A DNA stretch of 64,000 nucleotides from Chloroflexota bacterium (lineage in GTDB: Bacteria; Chloroflexota; Dehalococcoidia; Lucifugimonadales; UBA3495): positions 7,914 to 71,913 of the forward strand of contig VXOG01000091.1 in NCBI GenBank assembly GCA_009840165.1. Direction: 5' to 3'. A model generated the notes under the pieces. That model searched no databases, was not told where the DNA came from, and saw only the letters and a list, made by a program, of their open reading frames with translations. The position numbers were made by a program, and so were the translations under genes. Positions 52,843-60,913 of the stretch are shown here, one piece after another (position 1 is the stretch's first letter; each line of letters opens with the position of its first letter).

Positions 52843-53073
52843 TCATCGGAAAAAACGACGGGCCAGGTACCAGCCAAATTGAAACAGGCCGGCGACGGCG
52901 ATGCCACCCACCACTCCGACCGGTATGAACAGCAACGCCAGGCCTAAGGAGAACAGCAACAGCCCTAGATCGATAAAGGCTCCAGGCACGGCCAGGTAAA
53001 GGTGGTCCACGTAAACCCAGGCAACCGGGATTACTGCTCCCAGCAGGGCCATGCCAACGTATAGCCACTTCAT
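52843..53073 (-). CDS. Small membrane protein (76 aa), hypothetical
   Basis: MKWLYVGMALLGAVIPVAWVYV...LGLLLFSLGLALLFIPVGVVGGIAVAGLF gives 3 hydrophobic helices. Lies antisense-oriented between the two SBP genes. RBS is weak. Confidence 0.35.
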   Translation of the reverse strand: MKWLYVGMALLGAVIPVAWVYVDHLYLAVPGAFIDLGLLLFSLGLALLFIPVGVVGGIAVAGLFQFGWYLARRFFR

Positions 53074-53120
53074 CCCAAAGCGTCCTGATCCCCCGAAACT
53101 GACAGAATGGAGGAACTAGC

Positions 53121-54890
53121 ATGAATATCCGGAAGAGGTTTCATTCCAAAATCTGGCTGGCCACTCTCGTGGGGGTTCTTGCTTTGATTATATCGGCCTG
53201 CGGCGGCGGGGCAACGCCCGAGGCCCCGGCTGCGACCGAGGCTCCGGCAGCGGCGGCAGCAGATACCTCCAGCGCGCCGGCAGCCACCGCAGCGCCAGCG
53301 GCCCCGGTGGCCACCGAGGCGCCGGCGGCTCCCCCTGCAGCAGCGGAGGTATCCGGCAAAGTTACCATCATGCAGACGGTGTTCGGCACGGAGGCCTTTG
53401 AGCCAAGGTACACCCTGGGGCTGGGGGAAACCACCTATCAGCGCGCGCTGCACGCCCTGCTGGTTGAGGGCAACCACGATACCCAGATGGTCTCGGGCAT
53501 AGCGTCGGCCTGGGAGGTTTCCGAGGACGGATTCACCTGGATCATGACCATACCCGCCGATCACCCGGCGACTTTCCACAATGGGGAGCAGGTAACGATC
53601 AACGACGTTGAATTCAGCTTCCAGCGTTACTTTGGCCCGGAAGCTGAGGAGGGGGCCACGAGCACTGGGGCTATCAACTGGTCCCGCCTGACGGACCGAA
53701 TCGAAATCACCGGGCCGGAGACCATCGAGGTTACCCACAACAAGCTCTCGTCGTCCTTCCCGTTCACCTACTCCGCTCTACAGTCCTCCTCCGACGGCGG
53801 CTCGATTCTGCCTCAGAAATACCATGAAGAGGTGGGCGAGGACGCCTACGCCGACGCTCCCATTGGCGCCGGTCCCTTCCGGCTGGTCGAATTCAAGCGA
53901 TCCGAGCAACTGCTGTTCGAGCAATTCCCGGACTACTACTACAACCCCGACAACGGTTATCCCGAAGACCGGCGGATGAAGTTCAAGACGCTGGACATGC
54001 GGCTGGTGCCCGAGGAGTCCACCAGGGTTTCCGCCCTGCTGGCCGGGGAGGCCGACATCGTTGAGGTGACCCTCCAGTCCAGGGAACGGGTGGAAGCCGC
54101 CGGCGGACGGTACGTCTGGATTGAGGAAGCATCCTACACTCAGGTGCGGCCCATCGGATGCTGGATACCGGAGCTTCCCTGCAACGACAAGCGGGTGCGG
54201 TATGCACTGGACTACGCCATCGACAAGGAACTGATACGCGACAATCTCTACGGCGGCGAAGAAGGGGCCGGTTTGGCCGGCTTTGAGGCGGTGACCCCCA
54301 GCACCCTGGGCTACAGTCCGGAACTGGACGCCACCCCTTATGACCCGGAGAGGGCCAGGGAACTCCTGGCCGAAGCCGGCTACCCCAATGGCGAGGGTTA
54401 TCCTGCCTTCACCCTCTACACCTGGCAGGCCAGCGACACGCCGTTCATGGTGGAACACGCCGAGTTGATCGCCCAGATGTGGCAGGACAACCTCGGTCTT
54501 GACGTAACCGTGGAAGCGGGCCAGAACGTCAGCATCCGGGAGCGGGTGCGCAACCGGGAGCTGGACGGCCACGTGTACTTCCGCAGCAACGAGGGCCGCT
54601 GGGACGGCGGCAGCCTGGTGCGCAGCATGCACTACCTGGACTCCAGCCTGCGCCAGTCGGAGGATCCTGAACTTGTGAAGATAGCGGACGAAGGGCTTTC
54701 AGTGATGGACCCTGCACTGCGCCAGGACGCTTACAACAAGATGTACCGGGCATCCTGGGAGGAACACTATTCCTTCAGCACCATCTACACCAACCTGCCC
54801 TTCGGCCTGAGCAGCCGCATCAACACCTATCAGCCCTGGCCCCTGGGTCCGTACCCCACGGCCTTGTGGACGTTGACCCTGAATCAGTAG
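53121..54890 (+). CDS. ABC transporter substrate-binding lipoprotein, family 5 (paralogue of 51030..52775)
   Basis: 589 aa. Lipobox LIISACGG and a Pro/Ala-rich tether. Collinear with the upstream paralogue (RRMKFKT.D.RLV.EESTRVSA..AG.AD...). Confidence 0.85.
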   Translation: MNIRKRFHSKIWLATLVGVLALIISACGGGATPEAPAATEAPAAAAADTSSAPAATAAPAAPVATEAPAAPPAAAEVSGKVTIMQTVFGTEAFEPRYTLGLGETTYQRALHALLVEGNHDTQMVSGIASAWEVSEDGFTWIMTIPADHPATFHNGEQVTINDVEFSFQRYFGPEAEEGATSTGAINWSRLTDRIEITGPETIEVTHNKLSSSFPFTYSALQSSSDGGSILPQKYHEEVGEDAYADAPIGAGPFRLVEFKRSEQLLFEQFPDYYYNPDNGYPEDRRMKFKTLDMRLVPEESTRVSALLAGEADIVEVTLQSRERVEAAGGRYVWIEEASYTQVRPIGCWIPELPCNDKRVRYALDYAIDKELIRDNLYGGEEGAGLAGFEAVTPSTLGYSPELDATPYDPERARELLAEAGYPNGEGYPAFTLYTWQASDTPFMVEHAELIAQMWQDNLGLDVTVEAGQNVSIRERVRNRELDGHVYFRSNEGRWDGGSLVRSMHYLDSSLRQSEDPELVKIADEGLSVMDPALRQDAYNKMYRASWEEHYSFSTIYTNLPFGLSSRINTYQPWPLGPYPTALWTLTLNQ

Positions 54891-54940
54891 GATAGACACC
54901 TCCGCCCGCCGCCGGCAAAGTTGTTGGGTAAGGGAAGCAC

Positions 54941-55858
54941 ATGCAGCGTTACATTCTGTCCAGGGTATTGCAGGGAATAATCGCCCTGCTGGCGCTCAGC
55001 CTGATTATCTTCATGAGCGTCCACCTGTCCGGGGATCCGGCCCTGCTGCTGCTGCCGCCGGAAGCGACCACCGCCGACTACGAGCAGCTCAGGGAGAACC
55101 TGGGCCTGGATCGACCGATCCTGATCCAGTACGGCACCTTTCTCCTGAATGCGGTGCAGGGCGATTTCGGCCATTCGATCACCACCCGGCGTCCGGCCCG
55201 GGACGTGCTGCTGGAACGGATTCCCGCCACCCTCCAGTTGGCGGCGGTGGGAATGCTCCTGGCGGTATTGATGGGGGTGCCCCTGGGCATCCTGTCCGCG
55301 GTCAAACGGGACACGATTCTCGACAAAGCCTGTAAGCTATTCGCCATCGCCGGCATCGGCGCGCCGCAATTCTGGGTCGCCATCATGCTCATCCTGCTGT
55401 TTGGCGCCATCCTCCAATGGTTGCCGACCTACGGCAGGGGTGGGCCATCCCACTTTGTGCTGCCGGCCTTCGTGCTGGCCTGGTCCATCATGGCCGGCAT
55501 GATGCGCCTGGCGCGCTCCAGCATGCTGGAGGTGCTGGACAGCGAGTTTGTCAAGTTCGCGCGGGTCAAGGGGCTAACGGAGAAGCTGGTCATCTGGAAA
55601 CACGCCCTGCGAAATGCCCTGATTCCCCTGATCACCTTCGGCGGCATCAGCCTGGCGGGACTGCTCAACGGGGCCATTGTGGTGGAGGTCGTGTTCGCGT
55701 GGCCCGGTGTCGGGCGCCTGATGCTGGAGGGCGTGGCCCAACGCAATTTCCCCATCGTGGAAGCCACCGTGCTTACTTCCGGTTTCTTCTATATCCTAAC
55801 GTCCCTGTTTGTGGACATCCTCTATGTGTACGTGGACCCGAGAATCAGGATCGAGTAA
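54941..55858 (+). CDS. ABC transporter permease (DppB/OppB-like)
   Basis: 305 aa. MQRYILSRVLQGIIALLALSLIIF...DPRIRI. Confidence 0.85.
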   Translation: MQRYILSRVLQGIIALLALSLIIFMSVHLSGDPALLLLPPEATTADYEQLRENLGLDRPILIQYGTFLLNAVQGDFGHSITTRRPARDVLLERIPATLQLAAVGMLLAVLMGVPLGILSAVKRDTILDKACKLFAIAGIGAPQFWVAIMLILLFGAILQWLPTYGRGGPSHFVLPAFVLAWSIMAGMMRLARSSMLEVLDSEFVKFARVKGLTEKLVIWKHALRNALIPLITFGGISLAGLLNGAIVVEVVFAWPGVGRLMLEGVAQRNFPIVEATVLTSGFFYILTSLFVDILYVYVDPRIRIE

Positions 55859-55876
55859 AGCGAGAGAGAACTGGGC

Positions 55877-56752
55877 ATGGCGCAGCAAACGGCAGTAACC
55901 GAAGCAAGCAGGCTCGGTCAGCTACAGAAGCGGATCGGCGAGATCAAGCTGCCCTGGATCCCCATTGTGATCCTGGCCGTGCTGCTGGTGTGTTCCGCGC
56001 TGGCGCCCCAGCTGGCCCCTCACGATCCCACCGACAAGGACGTCATCAACAGCCGGATCGCCCCGTTTGAGACCAGCGACTACCCGCTGGGCACCGACAT
56101 CCTGGGACGGGATATGCTGAGCCGGTTGATCTTCGGCGCCCGCACCACCGTTTACATCAGCCTGGTGGCCCTGGCTACCGGGGCTATCGTGGGCACCGTT
56201 CTGGGGCTGATCGCCGGATACCTGGGGGGCATAATCGGCGCGACCATCATGCGGATCGCCGACGCTGTGATGGGATTCCCCACCATCCTGGTGGCCCTCG
56301 TTATCGTGGTGCTGCTGGGCCAGGGCACTGAGAACATCATCATCGCGGTTGCAGTCACCGTGTGGGCCAGGTTCGCGCGGATGATACGGGGCGATACCCT
56401 GAGCATCAAGGAACGGGACTACGTGATCCTGGCCCGGATCGCCGGCGTGAGCACTCCGGTGGTCATCATCCGGCACATCTTCCCCAACGTGGTCAATACC
56501 CTGATGGTGCTGACCAGCCTTCAGGTGGGACAGGTGATCTTGCTGGAAGCCTCTCTCAGCTTCCTGGGGCTGGGGTTGGCGCCCGGCTCGCCGGCCTGGG
56601 GCATCATGGTATCCGAGGGCCGCAACGTCATCCTGGACATGTGGTGGCTGTCCCTTTTCCCCGGCGTGGCGATAACCATAGTGGTGATGGCGTTCAACTT
56701 CTTCGGAGACTGGCTGCGCGACTACCTGGATCCGAAGCTGCGACGGGCCTGA
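55877..56752 (+). CDS. ABC transporter permease (DppC/OppC-like)
   Basis: 291 aa. PLGTDILGRDMLSRLIFGART...SFLGLG...WGIMVSEG. Confidence 0.85.
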   Translation: MAQQTAVTEASRLGQLQKRIGEIKLPWIPIVILAVLLVCSALAPQLAPHDPTDKDVINSRIAPFETSDYPLGTDILGRDMLSRLIFGARTTVYISLVALATGAIVGTVLGLIAGYLGGIIGATIMRIADAVMGFPTILVALVIVVLLGQGTENIIIAVAVTVWARFARMIRGDTLSIKERDYVILARIAGVSTPVVIIRHIFPNVVNTLMVLTSLQVGQVILLEASLSFLGLGLAPGSPAWGIMVSEGRNVILDMWWLSLFPGVAITIVVMAFNFFGDWLRDYLDPKLRRA

Positions 56753-56866
56753 CCTCATCGGCGAGGCTGTCCAGTTCCGCCAATTGCGGTTGCCGGTCCA
56801 ATTAGCCATCGGCGACACGCATTGAGAATATCGAACGGGCAGCGCATGGCGGCAGTGATGCCGGAG

Positions 56867-56875
56867 TGCTAGAAT
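56867..56875 (+). promoter_or_regulatory. Extended -10 promoter element TGCTAGAAT
   Basis: 44 nt upstream of the ATG at 56919. Confidence 0.35.
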
Positions 56876-56918
56876 TACCAACCGTAGCCGTAGCCATTCG
56901 GGTTGGGAGTGTATTGCC

Positions 56919-57509
56919 ATGAGCACGTCGTCATCATCAGCATCGCGTCGCAAGCGCGTCTATACCAAGTACGGAGACCAGGGCGAGACCAGTCTGCTCT
57001 ACGGCGGGCGGGTATCCAAGGCCAACCCACACACCGAGGCGTATGGCATCACCGATGAGGCGGTCAGCCTGATGGGTCTGGCCCGCGCGCTGACCGACGA
57101 CGACAAAGTGAAGAACATCCTGCGCGATCTACAGCGGGAGCTGTTCACCGTGGCGGCCGAGCTGGCCACCGACCCCGAGAAGTACGACCTCTTCCACCAG
57201 CACTTCAAGCCCGTAACCGAGGAGATGGTGGACAACCTGGAAGAGACGATTGACGAGCTGGAAACTCATTTCCAGATGCCCCAGGTATTCATCCTGCCGG
57301 GCGGCACGCCGTCGTCGTCGGCCATGGACTCGGCGCGCACCGTGATTCGCACAGCGGAGCGGCGCGTCGTGGCGCTGTCGGAAGCCGGCGGCCTCACTAA
57401 CCCGCTGATTCTGGCCTACCTGAACCGCCTCGGAGACCTGCTCTTCGTGCTGGCACGCTACCACGATCGCGACATCCCCATCGAACGGGCCACCGGCGAC
57501 CGGGTCTGA
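56919..57509 (+). CDS. PduO-type ATP:cob(I)alamin adenosyltransferase
   Basis: 196 aa. VYTKYGDQGETSLLYGGRVSKANPHTEAYGITDEAVSLMG. Confidence 0.85.
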   Translation: MSTSSSSASRRKRVYTKYGDQGETSLLYGGRVSKANPHTEAYGITDEAVSLMGLARALTDDDKVKNILRDLQRELFTVAAELATDPEKYDLFHQHFKPVTEEMVDNLEETIDELETHFQMPQVFILPGGTPSSSAMDSARTVIRTAERRVVALSEAGGLTNPLILAYLNRLGDLLFVLARYHDRDIPIERATGDRV

Positions 57510-57516
57510 TCGGGCG

Positions 57517-58155
57517 ATGACAGCATCTAAAAGTCCTGCCATCGTCATCATAGACTATGAATCGGGGAACCTGCGCAGCGTATCCCGCGCCGTGGAGCGC
57601 GCCGGCGTAACTCCCCGGGTGACCTCCGACCCCGCCGAGGTTGCCGCCGCCGACGGCCTCATCGTGCCCGGCCAGGGTTCCGGCCCCTCGGCCATGCGCG
57701 CCCTGCAAGCCCGTGGAATGGTAGGCCCGCTGCTGGACTACATCGCCAGCGGCCGACCTTACCTCGGCGTGTGCCTAGGGCTGCAACTGCTGCTGGACGC
57801 CACCGACGAGGGCGACGCCGATTGCCTGGGCCTGGCGCCGGGTCGGGTGCGGCGACTGCCCGACGGTCTCAAGGTTCCGCATATGGGCTGGAACACCGTG
57901 CGGTTCCAGCGCGAGCATCCGCTGTGGGAGGGCATTCCGCAGGACAGCCACTTCTACTTCGTGCACAGCTACTACGCCGACCCGGCGGAGCGGGACTACG
58001 TGGCGGGCCTCACCGAGTACGGCGTTGAGTTTTGCAGCATCTACGCGCGCGACAACGTGGTGGCGACGCAGTTCCATCCCGAGAAGAGCGGCGACAACGG
58101 CCTGCGGATTTACGCCAACTTCGTGAATCAGGTCGCAGAATGGTGTATGAGGTGA
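57517..58155 (+). CDS. hisH: Imidazole glycerol phosphate synthase, glutamine amidotransferase subunit
   Basis: 212 aa. IVIIDYESGNLRSV...GVCLGLQLL...HMGWN...FYFVHSYY...ATQFHPEKS. Confidence 0.92.
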   Translation: MTASKSPAIVIIDYESGNLRSVSRAVERAGVTPRVTSDPAEVAAADGLIVPGQGSGPSAMRALQARGMVGPLLDYIASGRPYLGVCLGLQLLLDATDEGDADCLGLAPGRVRRLPDGLKVPHMGWNTVRFQREHPLWEGIPQDSHFYFVHSYYADPAERDYVAGLTEYGVEFCSIYARDNVVATQFHPEKSGDNGLRIYANFVNQVAEWCMR

Positions 58156-58162
58156 TGCTGTC

Positions 58163-58417
58163 ATGACGACGCCTGAAATCGATTTCGATAAGCGCAGTGA
58201 ACTGGGCTGGAAGATCTACAACGCGAAGATTAAGAATTTGGTGGAGCCGCAGGAAAAGGGCAAGTTCCTTGTGATTGACGTTATGACGGGGGACTACGCC
58301 GTAAATCGCGACCTCATCGCAGCGGAGGATGAATTGGAAGAACGGCAACCAGACGGTGTCATTTACACGATCAGGATCGGATACCCGGCGGTTTTCAAAA
58401 TTCCCAGGATACGGTAG
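58163..58417 (+). CDS. Small hypothetical protein (84 aa), partner of DTGF protease
   Basis: Starts 7 nt after the hisH stop, with a gaggtg RBS. MTTPEIDFDKRSELGWKIYNAKIKNLVEPQEKGKFLVIDVMTGDYAVNRDL... No family recognised with certainty. Confidence 0.55.
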   Translation: MTTPEIDFDKRSELGWKIYNAKIKNLVEPQEKGKFLVIDVMTGDYAVNRDLIAAEDELEERQPDGVIYTIRIGYPAVFKIPRIR

Positions 58418-58438
58418 CGATTAAGGAGCGGATGAGCG

Positions 58439-58762
58439 GTGACCAGCGGATGGATCGGCAATAACCGGGAATTGGTAATGCCGTTGAGATTGCTTGACGT
58501 GAATGAACACGTTCATCGCATTGAAGCCAACATCGACACCGGGTTCAACGGACACCTGACACTCCCGCCGGGTTTGACACATCTGTTGGGCTTCATATCG
58601 GATAAGCCGCTGGATCTCACCATGGCAAATGACCAGACGGAAAGGTTTCCCACTTACCGAGGCATTGTTCTTTGGCACGGTCACCATCGCTCTGTCCGCA
58701 TCATCGAGTCCGAAGGCACCCCTCTGATAGGCACCCCTCTGATAGGCACCGCGCTGCTGTAG
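58439..58762 (+). CDS. Clan AA (retropepsin-like) aspartic protease, DTGF type
   Basis: 107 aa with GTG start. ...HRIEANIDTGFNGHLTLPPGL... (DTGF active-site motif). C-terminal GTPLIGTPLIGTALL. Confidence 0.65.
   Translation: MTSGWIGNNRELVMPLRLLDVNEHVHRIEANIDTGFNGHLTLPPGLTHLLGFISDKPLDLTMANDQTERFPTYRGIVLWHGHHRSVRIIESEGTPLIGTPLIGTALL
58715..58750 (+). repeat. 15-bp tandem duplication inside the protease gene
   Basis: ggcacccctctgata x2 followed by ggcacc, encoding GTPLI-GTPLI-GT. Confidence 0.9.
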
Positions 58763-58844
58763 GGCAGTCTGCTCACGGCTGAGATGACCGACAACGGGGC
58801 AGTTAGCATCGGGCCGCTGCCGGCCGGAGTATCTGGATAGACCC

Positions 58845-59567
58845 ATGGAAATAATACCGGCAATCGACCTGCGCGGCGGCAACTGCGTCCGCCTGTACCA
58901 GGGCGATTACGAGCAGGAGACGGTGTTTTCCGACGACCCGCTGGGAGTCGCCGAGCGTTGGCAGGCCGAGGGCGGCCAACGCCTGCACATCGTTGACCTG
59001 GACGGCGCGCACTCGGGCAATCCCGCCAACCTGGCTGCCATCACCGCCATCACGCGCACCCTGACCATACCGGTGCAGGTGGGCGGTGGCATCCGCAGCG
59101 CGGACACGGCGGCCGGCCTGTTCGACGCCGGCGCGGCCCGCGTGGTGGTGGGAACCGCCGCCGTCTCGAATCCCGAACTGGTGGAGGAACTGTGCCGTCG
59201 GTTCGGAAGCGAGCGGGTGGTGGTCGCGCTGGACGCCCGCGACGGCCTGGTGGCCATCCGCGGCTGGACGGAAACGTCGGCAATCACCGCCACCGACCTG
59301 GCGCAGCGCATGGCCGACCTAGGCGTGGTTCGCTTGCTCTACACCGACATTTCCCGAGACGGCACCCTGGAAGAACCCAACTACGAGGCTACGGCGGCGC
59401 TGGTGAGGGACAGCGGCTTAAGCGTCCTGTCGGCCGGCGGCGTGGGCGCGGCGGAGCATGTGGGGCGGCTGGTTCCTACGGGGGCAGAGGCGGCGATTAT
59501 TGGGCGGGCGTTGTACACGGGGGATATTACGATTGGGGAGGCGGTGGGGGCAGCGCAAAATATGTAG
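58845..59567 (+). CDS. hisA: ProFAR isomerase
   Basis: 240 aa. MEIIPAIDLRGGNCVRLYQGDY...LHIVDLDGA...VQVGGGIRS. Confidence 0.92.
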   Translation: MEIIPAIDLRGGNCVRLYQGDYEQETVFSDDPLGVAERWQAEGGQRLHIVDLDGAHSGNPANLAAITAITRTLTIPVQVGGGIRSADTAAGLFDAGAARVVVGTAAVSNPELVEELCRRFGSERVVVALDARDGLVAIRGWTETSAITATDLAQRMADLGVVRLLYTDISRDGTLEEPNYEATAALVRDSGLSVLSAGGVGAAEHVGRLVPTGAEAAIIGRALYTGDITIGEAVGAAQNM

Positions 59568-59592
59568 GCGCGAATAATAATTCTCTCCCGTC
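59564..59592. repeat. Family B repeat, degenerate copy
   Basis: gtaggcgcgaataataattctctcccgtc. Overlaps the hisA stop. Confidence 0.6.
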
Positions 59593-59623
59593 CCAGCAAA
59601 CTATCAGATTTCAGGAGTATCTT

Positions 59624-60913
59624 ATGGCTTTTCCAATTCCCATTGTCATAGGACTAGTTGTTGCTGGAGCTGCCGGTGCGGTTGGCACTGCTATTAGATG
59701 GAGGGCAGGCAGGAGAAGGCGACAGCAGGAAAACGCTCGTCAGGATCAAACACGAACGCATCGTCCTGGCAATAGCAATACGCCTGTTACCGAACAACGG
59801 GGTAGTCAACAAGGACCAGGCCGGCAGCGGCAGCCTCATGCCCGTGCTGGTCAACGCCCAGTGAGACAAGGAAAGACCATATCGGAGCGCAGACGCCCAT
59901 ATAGGCCGCAACCGCGTAGGTTTCCAGATTACGACAAGCAATCTCTAGTTAAAGCCTTGGACACAGCTATTGCGAATGCCGCAGGCAATACCATTGATAC
60001 AGTTCTGTCAAAATTGCCATCTAACCAGATGTCAAGGCGCGAGCAGATCAATACAGTACGAAGCAAAGTCGATGCCATGCGGTCGGCGTTACGCGCGTTG
60101 CGGATGCCTGATTATGATGATGACATCACCGCTGCCGCTTACTTGCTAGAATATCATCCCCAGCACGTTGGCATGGCACACGCAGTGATGAGCCGAGTGC
60201 TACAGTCGCGCAACTCCGGTAAGATGATTGATGACGATACTGGACGACTCCATGTCGTGGATTTAGCTAGCGGTACACTAGCAATGCAATTCGGTGTTGC
60301 TATCACAGTTGCCGATGCGCTTATCAGAGGCGAAAGCGTCGGAGGAGTGGCTATAGATTCGGTCGACATTAGTTCAGCCATGTTAAAAGCTGGGCAGACG
60401 GCTTGGGAAAACTTCGCTACTGCTGTCCAGCACGACGAAAACTTGGAAGCCTTGGCTGAGGCTTGCCACCTCATAACGTTCAATACTCACACTCGGCATA
60501 GCACCGTACCATCGCATGAAGGGGAATGCTGGCTAAGTTGCCTGCACGGGGTATATCAGCAGAACAGCAGTAACCTCGAGCGCACTTTACACGCCCTGCA
60601 CGACGAACACCACCCCATCGTTGGGATGATGTCCTGCTGGGGACGCACACCTGAGGATCAGAACGTTGAAATCGCGAGACGCATATCACCTTTCCAAGGC
60701 ACTAGCTGGCGGTCTGATAGGGTTTTCCTTCCCATGCGAGCAGAATACCCTATCCCATTCCTGTTCAATCGTGAAGAACCTGACGCAATAGAGACCGGGA
60801 AGATCGGGCATCAATATGGAATACTCTATAGTGAGTACCCAGGATTCCTTTGGCGTCCCACGGACACAGCACTGCTGACTTACTACCGGAGTTTTTCTGA
60901 CCGTGACAGCTGA
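59624..60913 (+). CDS. Membrane-anchored protein with basic disordered linker and Rsm22-like/class-I methyltransferase-like domain (tentative)
   Basis: 429 aa from ATG 59624 (aggag RBS). TM MAFPIPIVIGLVVAGAAGAVGTAI, then an Arg/Gln-rich stretch of about 80 aa, then AAAYLLEYHPQHVGMAHAVMSRVL...LHVVDLASGTLAMQFGV...DSVDISSAMLKAG. The ORF-track extension back to 59192 overlaps hisA and is rejected. Confidence 0.5.
   Translation: MAFPIPIVIGLVVAGAAGAVGTAIRWRAGRRRRQQENARQDQTRTHRPGNSNTPVTEQRGSQQGPGRQRQPHARAGQRPVRQGKTISERRRPYRPQPRRFPDYDKQSLVKALDTAIANAAGNTIDTVLSKLPSNQMSRREQINTVRSKVDAMRSALRALRMPDYDDDITAAAYLLEYHPQHVGMAHAVMSRVLQSRNSGKMIDDDTGRLHVVDLASGTLAMQFGVAITVADALIRGESVGGVAIDSVDISSAMLKAGQTAWENFATAVQHDENLEALAEACHLITFNTHTRHSTVPSHEGECWLSCLHGVYQQNSSNLERTLHALHDEHHPIVGMMSCWGRTPEDQNVEIARRISPFQGTSWRSDRVFLPMRAEYPIPFLFNREEPDAIETGKIGHQYGILYSEYPGFLWRPTDTALLTYYRSFSDRDS

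Noticed and set aside
56753-56918. Possible cobalamin riboswitch upstream of the PduO-type adenosyltransferase.
   Set aside because: No B12-box or conserved core (GCCACUG, AGGGAA..CCGGUGAAAAUCC) was recognisable by eye. An Rfam scan would be the proper test.
476-59592. Repeated palindromes as a possible CRISPR array.
   Set aside because: The copies are dispersed kilobases apart in different intergenic regions, in both orientations and without regular spacers. They are REP-like elements, not CRISPR.
59192-59623. Upstream extensions of ORFs: 59192..60913 over hisA; 12047..13531; 50838..; 24624..; 38096..; 36227..
   Set aside because: The extensions overlap neighbouring genes or are low-complexity. 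Internal ATG/GTG starts with good Shine-Dalgarno sequences coincide with the start of the conserved domain or signal peptide.
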